Positions 28,629-39,200 of a DNA stretch of 64,000 nucleotides are shown one piece after another (the stretch's first letter is position 1; each line of letters opens with the position of its first letter). Made by a program: the position numbers and the translations under genes. The stretch is taken from positions 1,248,001 to 1,312,000 of the forward strand of contig OZ244732.1 of assembly GCA_965219345.1 (NCBI GenBank), in the 5' to 3' direction. The notes under the pieces are model-generated. The model was not told where the DNA came from. It searched no databases and saw nothing but the letters and a program-made list of their open reading frames with translations. Source of the stretch: Nitrosopumilus sp. (GTDB lineage: Archaea > Thermoproteota > Nitrososphaeria > Nitrososphaerales > Nitrosopumilaceae).

Positions 28629-29362
28629 CAGTGGTCCTGAATTTTCTCTGGGGATCCGGAAAATGTGGAATTGTCTGCTTGATTCAAAGTCGTACCTGCA
28701 TAATCTAGCAGCTCAAAGGTAAACATTACCGGCGGATCATCTGTGTTCCAAAACGGATTATATGCAATTGCAGTGATTGGAAATGCAACGTCTTGCGATA
28801 TCATAAATGTGCTTTGCTCAAAGATGCCGTACTGTATTGCAGATACGTCAAGTGTGTTGCCGTTTTGCAGCTCGATGTTGTCCTCAAAGCTTACCACAAG
28901 CTTGTCTCCGCTATACAGGGACGATGAGACATCTCCCCAGACGGCTCCAATCTTTAGATGCTTTGGGGAATGCGGAGATGCAAACTGTGCAAGATAAAAG
29001 ATCGTCTCTTCAATGGAACGTGCGACATCTCTTCCTGCAAACGTGTGAACCTTCATCGTATCTGAATCCAACAAAAATATGTAGTGTGCAACTGCATTGT
29101 CAACCGTGACTTCTGCTTGAACTATCCAATAGCTTCTGTTTTCAGAAAATAATTCTGCATAAAAATCCATTCTTATCTGGTAGCACTCATGCACTACTGA
29201 TTGTGAGTCGCACACATGATACGTAAAAAAATCTCCCGGTATGATTGACTTTCCTGCATGCCACATATCTGCTAAATAATATGCAACAATGTCGTCTGCA
29301 TCATATGCAAAGGCAGGTGTTACACATGCAATCAATACAGGTATCGCATAAACGTATCTCAT
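28628..29362 (-). CDS. Secreted hypothetical protein (244 aa)
   Basis: Signal peptide ending AFA; W..G.....GD.F.Y.VC pattern. Confidence 0.75.
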   Translation of the reverse strand: MRYVYAIPVLIACVTPAFAYDADDIVAYYLADMWHAGKSIIPGDFFTYHVCDSQSVVHECYQIRMDFYAELFSENRSYWIVQAEVTVDNAVAHYIFLLDSDTMKVHTFAGRDVARSIEETIFYLAQFASPHSPKHLKIGAVWGDVSSSLYSGDKLVVSFEDNIELQNGNTLDVSAIQYGIFEQSTFMISQDVAFPITAIAYNPFWNTDDPPVMFTFELLDYAGTTLNQADNSTFSGSPEKIQDH

Positions 29363-29407
29363 AAAAATAAAATGAGGTTTTTGGTTAAAAGAACTGTTTC
29401 TAATCTT

Positions 29408-29641
29408 TTATTTCCATTCTTGGTATCCGTCCAGAGTCCATACCTTCCAGCCTTTTTTGGCAAGTCTGCCATTAAAGATCATCACCTTGCATCTGCGGCA
29501 AATCTTGATTGGAATATTCTCCCTTTTTCGCTTCTCAAGTCTAACCAAAATGCTTGGAGTGTTCAATGAGGCGATCTGGCATTCTGGACACCTGGGAGAA
29601 TCACCCTGGTCATGCGTATTGCTTATTTCTTTATTTTTCAT
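29408..29641 (-). CDS. Small zinc-ribbon protein
   Basis: CPEC...CRRC; ATG at 29641 preferred. Confidence 0.6.
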   Translation of the reverse strand: MKNKEISNTHDQGDSPRCPECQIASLNTPSILVRLEKRKRENIPIKICRRCKVMIFNGRLAKKGWKVWTLDGYQEWK

Positions 29642-29789
29642 TATTACCGTAATGTACGGTACAGATCGATAAAAACATTGTGCGTAACTTCTCCACCTGT
29701 TCAATCTGTGTCATTTTGTAATTTTCCACAAGGCGTTCATTTAGACGGATTGGTATTAAGTTAGGGTGATCATAGTTATAATATGTTAA

Positions 29790-30122
29790 ATGCCAGAAAA
29801 CATCAAGATTATGTCAAAAAATAGGGAAATAGAAACTAAAAATCAACATGAAGAAAAATTGGATGAAGTATTATTCATGTTTGTAGATGATGAAATGGAT
29901 TATGATATTTCTAAAAATGAGATCGTTAAGATTGTAGAAAATCATACGCTAAATGCAATTAACAAAGTACAAGATGAAGATGATGATTGGATCACAAATT
30001 GTCATAAGGAACGCACTTATTCGTGGTATAGTAATTACCAATCTAAAGGCCATTATGTTTGTGCTCCTTGGGCTTCTGGTGCTGGACACACGTTATACAG
30101 CACTATTGGACTTGGAATCTAA
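29790..30122 (+). CDS. Hypothetical protein in an AT-rich patch
   Basis: ORF with upstream TTATAA; no motif recognised. Confidence 0.4.
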   Translation: MPENIKIMSKNREIETKNQHEEKLDEVLFMFVDDEMDYDISKNEIVKIVENHTLNAINKVQDEDDDWITNCHKERTYSWYSNYQSKGHYVCAPWASGAGHTLYSTIGLGI

Positions 30123-31164
30123 CTCTTCTCTTTTATTTTTTAAAAAGAAGAAAAATATTATTTTGTTAATTGTTGTATTTGTTTCAATATATTTGTCGTT
30201 TCCAATTATTGGGAATGTTTGTAATCAGTTTAGTCTTAGTATAGATGATATTTGTGTACAGATTTGGCGTTATGGTCCTATTATTACACTGGAAGAGAAT
30301 ATTTGGGATTATGAGAAGGATAATTGGTATGAAAGCCAAACATGATTTTATTACGATTTTGTGATCAAAATTCTGATCGTTAGACGTTTAATCAATATGA
30401 TTCTAGAAATGTCAATAATGGAAAAAACATCAAAAATACAAATTGCCAGTATTTTCACAATATGTGCTACACTGATTGGAGGTATTGGGAATATACAAGC
30501 TGAAGAACAAGAACCAGATATTAAAAAGGTAGTAAAAGAAATTTCAAGAGTTACGAGAATATATCAAAGATGAATCTCCACTATAAGAAGATGCAATGCA
30601 AATCAGAAATGCCCTGATTCAGCAAAGCACACTGAGAATGGCCCGCAGTAGGATAAGAGACGATTTCGTATGGGAGAACCTGTGCAGTTTGCCATTTTGC
30701 AGGTACTCTTTCTGCTGCCGTGTCAGAATGACATCAAATCAGTTCTGCAGTCAAGCTTGGATGGATTGGTAGAATATTCGAAAAATCCAAAAGCACCAAT
30801 AGTCAAAGAGAAGGAAAAATTTCGCGTCCTTAACTCGTGTTTTTAAATTTCTTTATGCAGAAAAGTAACATGATGCCTTTGATGAGATTTTGAGCCTTTT
30901 ATTTGGGGACATATTGGGTATCATGTCTGAGAATACAGGACTGTCATTATTTGAAGAACTTGCAAGAGAGATGATTAAAAATATCAAGCCTCGCAGACTA
31001 GAATTCTGAACAAATGGCACAATGACCTTTTAAAATACCCCATGTCATACAACATGGATGACATAGTAATGATGTCAAAAAAGACCTTTGATCTCATACA
31101 GGAATTTCTAATCCGGTATGAAAAAATGATCAACGGCATGAACAGGAACCAGGCCCGTAAACCA

Positions 31165-32430
31165 TCATTCACACTTTGGACAATGCTCCCCAACATATGA
31201 AGAAGAGCAGATATCGCATGCGCTGATGTTTTTGAGAATCTCCATGATGCCGGTATCTTGAATCTTTTTTGCCAAATCTTTAAACTCGCTTACCTCCTGC
31301 ATCAACTTTGCATTCTCAGAAGACTGGATTACCTTGGCCTGCCGTATCTTTTCTTGGGCGTCTTTTGCCTCTTTTTTGAGGCGTTGTTCATCAGATATGG
31401 TAAGAAAAGCAATGGCCTTTTGATACTCAGAGAACCGCTCAAAGTCTTCTTCTACATATCTTTCATAGTTTTTCTCAAGGCCCACCTTGTGCCCCATCAT
31501 GTCCTCTTTGTCCAGGTAGTTTACCTTGGCACGTCTCATCATTGTGTTAAAATATTTTCGAAACCCGTGATCAAGCTTTACAGAGTACCTCTTTTTTCCC
31601 GGTGGCAAAGGCGGCCTGAGTCCTGCATCTTTTGCCATGTTCTCCACTCTCTTTCTTACACCCTTTTGTTCCAGCCTTCTTACTTCAAGACGGTCGGTGA
31701 CCCTTAGCAGTGGAAAGTCTGGTTCCGGATAAGAGTGGAGATCATTTCTCCACTTTTCCCGGTACTGCCACAAATACTCGCATGCCTCTGGCGTGATAAA
31801 CGTCCAATAGCTTTCAGGGTCTCCACAATACACCAGCAACGCGCCGCCCTTGAACTGTTCCTCCTCATCTCTGAAAAATATCACATCACGCCACGTAAAA
31901 TAACTCCATGACTCCAGTCTGAATCCGGCCGATGAGAACATTGTAATTATTACCTTGTCTGTAATGTCATGTGCTGCAATCATCATCTTTTGTAGTTCTT
32001 CTCTTGTGTATGCCCTGTCCTGTGAGTTTACGGGCCTTGGATACAAATGGTAAAGCCGCTTCCAGTGTATGGCAACATCGTTTGTATCAAGTAGCACCTT
32101 GATTGGTTTTGGATAGTTTGGGACGGTGTTGGGACTAATCTCTCCCTGTCTTACTAGTCCGTTAAAGTGCTTGATGTATTCTGCAATGATGTTTGTGCCA
32201 GCCTTTGGGTTTTTCTCACAGAGCTTGACAAAGCATTCTGCACTGGACTCTAATGTTCCGTCTGGGACCGCGCATCCTAGCTGTTCGTAAAGTTCTTGCG
32301 GTACCTCCCTTAGAAACCTCTCGAGGTTTTTGACATAGTGCCTCTTTGTTCCAGGGTCTTTTATGCCATCAAGGAACTTTTCGTATGGAACCCCATCAGT
32401 TGTAATCTTTTGTAGATCAATTTCGAGCAT
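31165..32430 (-). CDS. Tyrosine recombinase/integrase with a C-terminal coiled coil and CxxC...CxxC
   Basis: SAGFR, HGFRKYF, MMGH and Y (KNYERY) motifs; ATG 32430 preceded by CTTAAA TATA-like box; next to tRNA 3' end. Confidence 0.92.
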   Translation of the reverse strand: MLEIDLQKITTDGVPYEKFLDGIKDPGTKRHYVKNLERFLREVPQELYEQLGCAVPDGTLESSAECFVKLCEKNPKAGTNIIAEYIKHFNGLVRQGEISPNTVPNYPKPIKVLLDTNDVAIHWKRLYHLYPRPVNSQDRAYTREELQKMMIAAHDITDKVIITMFSSAGFRLESWSYFTWRDVIFFRDEEEQFKGGALLVYCGDPESYWTFITPEACEYLWQYREKWRNDLHSYPEPDFPLLRVTDRLEVRRLEQKGVRKRVENMAKDAGLRPPLPPGKKRYSVKLDHGFRKYFNTMMRRAKVNYLDKEDMMGHKVGLEKNYERYVEEDFERFSEYQKAIAFLTISDEQRLKKEAKDAQEKIRQAKVIQSSENAKLMQEVSEFKDLAKKIQDTGIMEILKNISACDICSSSYVGEHCPKCE

Positions 32431-32474
32431 TCCACCCTTTATGTTTGAACCAGATTTAAGCCCCTCATGATATA

Positions 32475-32566
32475 TGGACCGGATGGGATTTGAACCCACG
32501 ACCTTTGCGGGATTTCTCCTTACGCAGTGTGAGTGCGTCATCCAAACCAAACTAGACGACCAGTCC
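32475..32566 (-). tRNA. tRNA-Val(CAC) with a 17-nt non-canonical intron (32504-32520)
   Basis: Cloverleaf: GGACTGG/CCGGTCC acceptor stem, ACGCA-CTCACAC-TGCGT anticodon arm, GTGGG-TTCAAAT-CCCAT T arm; BHB-like splice motif. Confidence 0.9.
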
Positions 32567-32661
32567 AACGAACTTACAAAAGTACAAGCTTTTCTATCTT
32601 TGGATTTTCAGATATTTCGTAATTACCATCCCCTTTTGTACTAATTTTCAAAACATACACC

Positions 32662-32910
32662 ATGTCACTACAGGAATTTGATGCCTTGATTGATAAAATG
32701 AACTTGGCATTTGAATACGCAGAAAATCTTGGACAATATGTCTCTGCAGCCAAAGTTTTGTTCCAAATGAATGAACAACTACCTGAAGACATTCAACTAT
32801 CCCTTGAGGAATTAGAAAATCCTGAAGCTGCAAAATCCTTCACAACACAATACAGTTCAGAAATAAAATCAGCAATTACACAGTATAGACAAAGATTGAT
32901 GAATTTCTAG
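32662..32910 (+). CDS. Hypothetical protein (82 aa)
   Basis: Intact helical ORF with core-like composition. Confidence 0.7.
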   Translation: MSLQEFDALIDKMNLAFEYAENLGQYVSAAKVLFQMNEQLPEDIQLSLEELENPEAAKSFTTQYSSEIKSAITQYRQRLMNF

Positions 32911-32912
32911 TT

Positions 32913-33080
32913 CTATTTCTTAACGCCGAGAGTCCTGTTCTTTAGTCTAAGATATGGGTTTCTGCATTTTCTGCATCTTATGGCATCTATATCATTTCTG
33001 GCTCCACACTTGAAGCAGATCTTCATAACAAGACGTGATTGTTGTGCAATGCGTTTCTTCTCGGGGTCTGTGATTGGCAT
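32913..33080 (-). CDS. rpl40e: 50S ribosomal protein L40e, missing from ORF track
   Basis: MPITDPEKKRIAQQSRLVMKICFKCGARNDIDAIRCRKCRNPYLRLKNR. Confidence 0.93.
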   Translation of the reverse strand: MPITDPEKKRIAQQSRLVMKICFKCGARNDIDAIRCRKCRNPYLRLKNRTLGVKK

Positions 33081-33111
33081 TTAATTCACTCCAAAATCTC
33101 TCTCTTTTATT

Positions 33112-34026
33112 CTAATCGGATTTTTGCATCTTTCCTGCTAGTAACACTGGTACTTCTGCAGGTCTCTTTGCTACTGGAACGTTTGCTTTGTTAAACATGG
33201 ATATCTTGGATTCTGCAGAACCATAAGTTCCCATTACTATAGCTCCGGCATGTCCCATTCTCTTCTCTTTTGGTGCTGCTCTTCCAGCAATGTATGCTAC
33301 TGTTGGTTTGTTAAACTCTAAATCAATAATTTTCTGAGCTAAAATTTCTTCCGAGTCTCCGCCAATCTCTCCCACAACTACCAGTCCCTCCAAGTCTGGA
33401 ACGTCTTTTACCATTTCAAATGCATCAATGAGCCTTGTTCCATTAACTGGGTCTCCTCCAATTCCAATTGTAATTGATTGTCCAAATCCTGCAGTGGTTA
33501 GTGCATCTGAAATTTCATAGAGCAAAGTTCCACTCTTTGATAGAACAGCAATCTTCCCTGCCTTGAAAGGAGTTACTGGCATGATTCCGATCTTGATTAG
33601 TTCTGGGATCATTATTCCTGGAGTGTTTGGTCCAATTACTGTAGCTCCTTTCTCTTTTGCTAATTCTAATACTGCCATAGTATCTCTAATTGGAACATGT
33701 TCTGGTATTGCAACTAGTAGCTTGATTCCGGCTTCAAGTGCATCTTTTGCAGCAGCGAGAAAGAATTTTGCTGGAACAAAGATAATTGAAATTTTTGCAT
33801 TTGTAGCATCTACTGCCTCTTGCATTGTATCATAGATTGGAATTGTATCTTCAAATTTCTGACCTCCCTTGCCCGGGGTCACTCCTGCAATTATGTTAGT
33901 TCCATCTATAATCATATGCCTTGCATGAATGGAGCCGTATGCTCCAGTAATTCCCTGAACGATAACTCCTTTTTTCATATAATCAGAATCTTCTGGATTT
34001 CCTTTGAGCAGTTCAAAGATATCCAT
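33112..34026 (-). CDS. sucD: Succinyl-CoA synthetase alpha subunit
   Basis: VQGITG, IGPNTPG and RMGHAGA motifs. Confidence 0.95.
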   Translation of the reverse strand: MDIFELLKGNPEDSDYMKKGVIVQGITGAYGSIHARHMIIDGTNIIAGVTPGKGGQKFEDTIPIYDTMQEAVDATNAKISIIFVPAKFFLAAAKDALEAGIKLLVAIPEHVPIRDTMAVLELAKEKGATVIGPNTPGIMIPELIKIGIMPVTPFKAGKIAVLSKSGTLLYEISDALTTAGFGQSITIGIGGDPVNGTRLIDAFEMVKDVPDLEGLVVVGEIGGDSEEILAQKIIDLEFNKPTVAYIAGRAAPKEKRMGHAGAIVMGTYGSAESKISMFNKANVPVAKRPAEVPVLLAGKMQKSD

Positions 34027-35132
34027 TATTTTTTTACTCCCATTACTGCTGCATTGATTGCTTCTTCCACTGAATCAAATATCTTGGTTTTAGAACCTCG
34101 AAGCATCTCTTTTGCCTTTTCTGATTCAGTTCCTTTCAGTCTTGAAAACACTGGCAAGTCAATCAAATTATTTTCATATGCTTTAAGAAATGCTTCAGCT
34201 ACTACTGTTGTCTTTACAATTCCGCCATAAAGATTTACAAGAATTCCTTTTACTTTACTTATCTTACTGATCAAAGTTAATGCTTCGTAAACTGATTCTG
34301 TAGTTGCACCGCCACCAACATCAAGAAAACATGCTGGCTTGCCACCACTATCAGATAACATATCAAGTGTAGACATTACAAGTCCTGCACCATTCCCTAC
34401 TACTGCAATATTCCCATCTAGTTCCACTAAGGAGAACCCACTTTTTTCTGCTCTTGTTTCTATCTCTGACATCTCCTGGTATTTTCGTAATTCTTCATGT
34501 CGAAAATCACTATTATCATCTGTAACAAATTTACCGTCAAGTGCAATTACTGAATCGTCTTGCATGATTGCAAGTGGATTGATCTCTACAAGTTCAGCTT
34601 CTTTTTCAATTGTAAGCTTTGATAATTTTTTCAAAGTATCGACAAAACCATCTGCTGTCTTTCCTTCTAGTCCCATCTCTTTTGCAACTTCGTTTGCAAT
34701 CTCATCTGAGACATCTCCTAATCCAATCTCTTTGATGATTTGATTTTTTACTGATTCGATCTCAACTCCACCTTCTGCTGATGCAATGATTGTGTAGTGT
34801 CTTTTTGAACGGTTCAAAAATATAGAAAGATACAACTCTTTTTTGATGTCTGCCATCTTTTCAAGCAGAATTGCCCTAGCTTTCTCTCCTTTAATTACCA
34901 AATCCATGACTTGAGGGTACTTTAGCTCAAATTCATCATCGTTTTGGCATGTTTGAATTCCTCCTGCCTTTCCCCTTCCTCCTACGGGAACCTGAATTTT
35001 AATCACAAATGGGTATCCTAACTCCTTTGCATGCTTTTTTCCTTCCTCTATATTAGTAGATGACTTGCTATCGAGAAGATTAATTCCATATTCTCGAAAT
35101 AATTCCTTTGCTTGAAACTCTAGTAAACGCAT
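34026..35132 (-). CDS. sucC: Succinyl-CoA synthetase beta subunit
   Basis: LLEFQAKELF, GGRGKAGG, GNGAGL and FLDVGGG motifs. Confidence 0.95.
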   Translation of the reverse strand: MRLLEFQAKELFREYGINLLDSKSSTNIEEGKKHAKELGYPFVIKIQVPVGGRGKAGGIQTCQNDDEFELKYPQVMDLVIKGEKARAILLEKMADIKKELYLSIFLNRSKRHYTIIASAEGGVEIESVKNQIIKEIGLGDVSDEIANEVAKEMGLEGKTADGFVDTLKKLSKLTIEKEAELVEINPLAIMQDDSVIALDGKFVTDDNSDFRHEELRKYQEMSEIETRAEKSGFSLVELDGNIAVVGNGAGLVMSTLDMLSDSGGKPACFLDVGGGATTESVYEALTLISKISKVKGILVNLYGGIVKTTVVAEAFLKAYENNLIDLPVFSRLKGTESEKAKEMLRGSKTKIFDSVEEAINAAVMGVKK

Positions 35133-35160
35133 GCAAAAATTCTGACCTTCACGGTCTTTA

Positions 35161-35502
35161 TTAATTATGATATTGTCTCAGCTGTTCCTCAAGAAAATCA
35201 ATCATCTCTAAAAAGCGATCCTGGCTTTTTCTCAATAATTCTTGAGGATAATCTTGAATTGTAAATACTATTTGTTGATGAATGCTTGGAACTAAAATTC
35301 CTCCTGATGTAATTAACTGCTCAATGACATATCCTTTGGTAAGTGTACACACAATTTCTTCATAAGATTCTTCTTCTTCTTCTAGAGTTTGTCTGTACAG
35401 AACAATAGGTTTGTTTGTCTTTGCAACAATGTTTGAACCTTTTTCTAACAAATCTGATAAATGCTGAATCTGCCAAGCATCAAGGCTAATCTGCTTAACC
35501 AT
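35161..35502 (-). CDS. Hypothetical protein
   Basis: Intact ORF in core context. Confidence 0.75.
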   Translation of the reverse strand: MVKQISLDAWQIQHLSDLLEKGSNIVAKTNKPIVLYRQTLEEEEESYEEIVCTLTKGYVIEQLITSGGILVPSIHQQIVFTIQDYPQELLRKSQDRFLEMIDFLEEQLRQYHN

Positions 35503-35605
35503 ATTCTTTATACGTAGTTTTTCTATTTAACCGTGATAAAACAACGCATATTCACTATTTGTCGTCAATAAAGTAACCAAAGTCAAAAAGAAAATGATTT
35601 GGCAT

Positions 35606-36193
35606 TTATGCCATATCTAGTGCTCGAGAGTGCTTTCTAGTATGTGGCCTTTCACCCGAATGCTTTCTTCTCATGTGTCCTGATGGTCTTCCATAGATTA
35701 GTTCTAGGAACCATGACTCATGTTCAATCTCTTCTGCTAAGATATCTTTTGCAATGTCATATGTTGCAGGATCTTTGCCCAGCGTCATTTTACAAATTTT
35801 ATCCCAGTTAACAATTGCACCTTGTTCTGCTTTGAGACATTTTTCTAGGATTTCTTTGTGATCTGTTGGATTTGCTGGAAGCTGTAAGAATTCACAACCT
35901 GACATCTTGATAAACTCAGTTGCATCATTTGGAAGAGTACCTCCTAACTGATAGATTCTCTCAAGACAAGACTCAAAATGACTAAGATCTTCTAACCTTG
36001 CATCCTCAATAATTCCTTTGAGTCCCTCTCCTTTCATGCCTGTACAATGTGCTCTGAGGTTGGTAAAGTAGTAGTATGCTGTAAATTCAACTGCAGCATT
36101 GCTGATTAACTGTTTTAGTAGTTCATCAACATCAAGACCATTTTGTTTTAGAATATTAATTCCAACAACATTTGGTTTACTTGATTCGGACAT
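35606..36193 (-). CDS. dps: Dps-like (DpsL) ferritin-family DNA protection protein
   Basis: EFTAYYY, EDARLEDLSHFE and EEIEHESWFLE motifs. Confidence 0.88.
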   Translation of the reverse strand: MSESSKPNVVGINILKQNGLDVDELLKQLISNAAVEFTAYYYFTNLRAHCTGMKGEGLKGIIEDARLEDLSHFESCLERIYQLGGTLPNDATEFIKMSGCEFLQLPANPTDHKEILEKCLKAEQGAIVNWDKICKMTLGKDPATYDIAKDILAEEIEHESWFLELIYGRPSGHMRRKHSGERPHTRKHSRALDMA

Positions 36194-36244
36194 TATTCTT
36201 GCAAATTATGATTCTAATAAAAATATTACACTAATTCTCAAAAT

Positions 36245-39200
36245 CTATTCTACTGAGATTCTGATTTTTTGTCCATCAATATCATCTTCTTTGTATTCTT
36301 TACAAGATTCCGAAAAATTCACCTGTTTTACTCTAACTAAAAATGCCAACTCTTCTGCTCTTTCTTTTACCATTTCAAGTGATTCATCATCTAAATCAAG
36401 AATAGATGCAACACCTAAAACATCAGTTGGATTGTATCCTCTCTCTTTTCTAAGAGTTTGCAGCCTTCTTGCAACATCTTTTACTAGCCCCTTTGCCACC
36501 AAGTCTTTGTTTCGTGATGTTGAGATAAACACGATATAGTTGTCTCTTTTTGCTGCTGCAAAGTTTTCACTTGCATCAAAATCTATAATGAAGTCTTCAT
36601 TGTCAAGTGAGATAGTTTCTCCATCAATATCAAAATTATATTTACCATCTTTTTGTAATGATGAAATAATTTCTTCAGGATTGGTTTCATTAAATGTTGT
36701 AACTAGTTTTCCCATGTGTTGTTTTGCTTTAGGCCCAATTCTTTTTCTTTCTAATTCAACTATTGCTTTAACAGGCAATCCTAACTGTTTTAATTCTAAA
36801 AGTTGTTCTAATCCTGATTCTTTTTGTGTTTCAAAAATATTGAATTTTTCTACGTTTAATTGAGATTGTAACAAATCTGATAATGATTCAAGTTTACTTT
36901 TTTGATCTTTTCTTACACAAATTTGTACTTCGTTTAGAGGCCACCTTCTCTTTAGTTTTCCTTTCATTTTTGCAGCTGATGATACAGATACAACATCTTT
37001 CATAATACCAAATGACTCTTCAATCTCTTGATTAACAAGTGATTCTTGGTATTGAGGCCATGAATCAAGTAGAATGCTTTGTTTTCCCTCAAACACTGTT
37101 TGATATAGATGCTCACTAGAAAATGGACAAAATGGATGAATCAAAATATCTAGAGTTTTGAGTACTTCACCTAGTACTGCATATATTGCCAGTCTTCTGT
37201 TTTTCTTTTCCTCGTCTTCATTCCATAATTCTCCTCTAGTAATTGGAATGTACACTTGGCTTAGATTATTTATGATAAAATCATCAATTGCCTTCGCACC
37301 CTCGTGGAATTTACATGTCTGATTCTTTTCTGTAATTTCACGGATTAATTTTTGAAGTTTTGATAAGAGCCAAATATCTGGCGATGTTAACAAATCATTT
37401 TGCTTTGCCCACTCAATTGTGCTTGATTGTTCAAAATTATCATACTCACTATTTTGCTTAAAGTAAAGATGCAGATTGAACAGTGTATTGATCACCTGAT
37501 ATGGCCTTGACATTAATTCATCTGTGCTGAAACTTAGTGGTTCAATTGGGCTTGCCTTCCACATAAAGTAGAATCGTACTAAATCTGCTGGATATTTTCG
37601 TAGTAATTCTGCTCCCTCCAAAACATTTCCTTTGCTTTTACTCATCTTGCCTCCTTTTTCATCAAGAACGTGTCCTTGAAACAAAAATGACTTGTAAGGT
37701 GGAGTTGGATTATTGCTTAAAATAACATTTTCAATTAAAAGAGTGTATGCCCACCCTCTAGTTTGATCAATCCCTTCTGTAAAAAATGGTGCAGGAATTT
37801 CTTTTGAATATTCTTCATCTGTCAATGATGCATATGGTGCAGAACCGCTATTGTGCCATGTATCTAAAACATACTCTTCTCTCTTTGTATTGATGCTACT
37901 ACATTTTTTGCATTTTACAGTAACATTGTCAATCCATGGTCTATGTAGTTCAAAATCTGGCCCGTCTGGCAAATTATATGCTGCATCAACTATTTCTTTT
38001 CTTGTAAAGAACCAATTTTTTTCACCACAATCTTCACAATTCCAAACAGGTAATGGGCAACCCCAAATTCTTTCTCGTGAAATACACCATGGATGTCTTT
38101 CTTTGATAATTCCAAGGAATCTGTTTTTTGGCTGCTCAAAAAAGTACTCTACGCTTTCTGCAGCATCAATTGCTTTGTTCTCAAGACGGTCTAATTTGTA
38201 AAACCAACCTCTTCTTGCAAGCCATACAATTGGATGGTGTGATCTCCAACACAAGGGATACTTGTGTTTAATTTTTCCAATCTTTACTAGGGCATTACAG
38301 TCTTTTAGATCCTCTACAATTGTTCTATCTGCATCTCTGACAAACATTCCTGTATACCTGCCTGCTTGAGCAGTAAATTTTACTTCATCATCTATGGGGC
38401 TGAAAATCTTGACATTTCTTTTATTTGCAATTTTGATATCTTCTTCACCGTTTGCAGGAGATAGGTGTACTAATCCACTTCCTGTGGTGACATCGACAAA
38501 TGATTCAGAGACTGCAATATGATAATTGTCCGATTTTGCACACTCGTTTAATTCTGGAATTAAATCAAGTAATGGGTGGACGTATTTTTTTCCTTCAAAC
38601 TCTGAACCCTTTACAGTTTTTTCAATTTTATAATCGTCAATTTTTACCTCTACCATGAATTCCACTAGTCTTGTTTTTCCAATAACCCATGTTTCATTTT
38701 CTACTTTAACATAAACATAATCTTCTTTGGGTTGCAAACCCACCATTGCATCTGTAATTAGAGTAAATGGCATAGTAGTCCATACTATCAAAAATGCGTC
38801 TTCATCAACTAGTTTTACTTTGTAGTAAAGTGATGGATCTTTTACTTCTTCATATCCTTGATTTACTTCTGCATGGCTAAGTGATGTCTGGCAACTTGGA
38901 CAATATGCAATTACAGTAAAGTCTTCTTCTAAAATTTTATTTTCATATGCTTTTTTTAGCACTTGCCATTCTCTTTCTATAAATTCATCTCTGAAAGTCC
39001 AGTATGCTTTATCATGATTAAATGACATTCCAAGTAACTCATCAACGTCAACCCATACTTTGTTGTATTTCTCTACTACTTTTTTACATTCAGATACGAT
39101 TCTTTCAATTCCAAATTGTTTGATGGCTTCAGTCTTCCCACCTGTTACTCCTAACTCTTTTTCAACTTGTAATTCTACTGGAAGTCCTTGAGTGTCCCAC

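Larger units (their letters stand above)
3774..32492. mobile_element. Composite genomic island or stacked integrative elements at tRNA-Val(CAC)
   Basis: Tyrosine integrase next to the tRNA 3' end, degenerate att copy at the far end, TA systems, IS, mixed GC, no core genes inside. Confidence 0.7.

Noticed and set aside
29953-31196. Several short ORFs downstream of the integrase
   Set aside because: Overlapping fragments with no motif; no excisionase or replication gene could be supported.
32431-32568. Integrase ORF extending in frame through the tRNA (SSV-type split integrase)
   Set aside because: ATG 32430 has its own TATA-like box, the catalytic domain is complete and no matching N-terminal fragment was seen at the other att; the open frame is likely chance.
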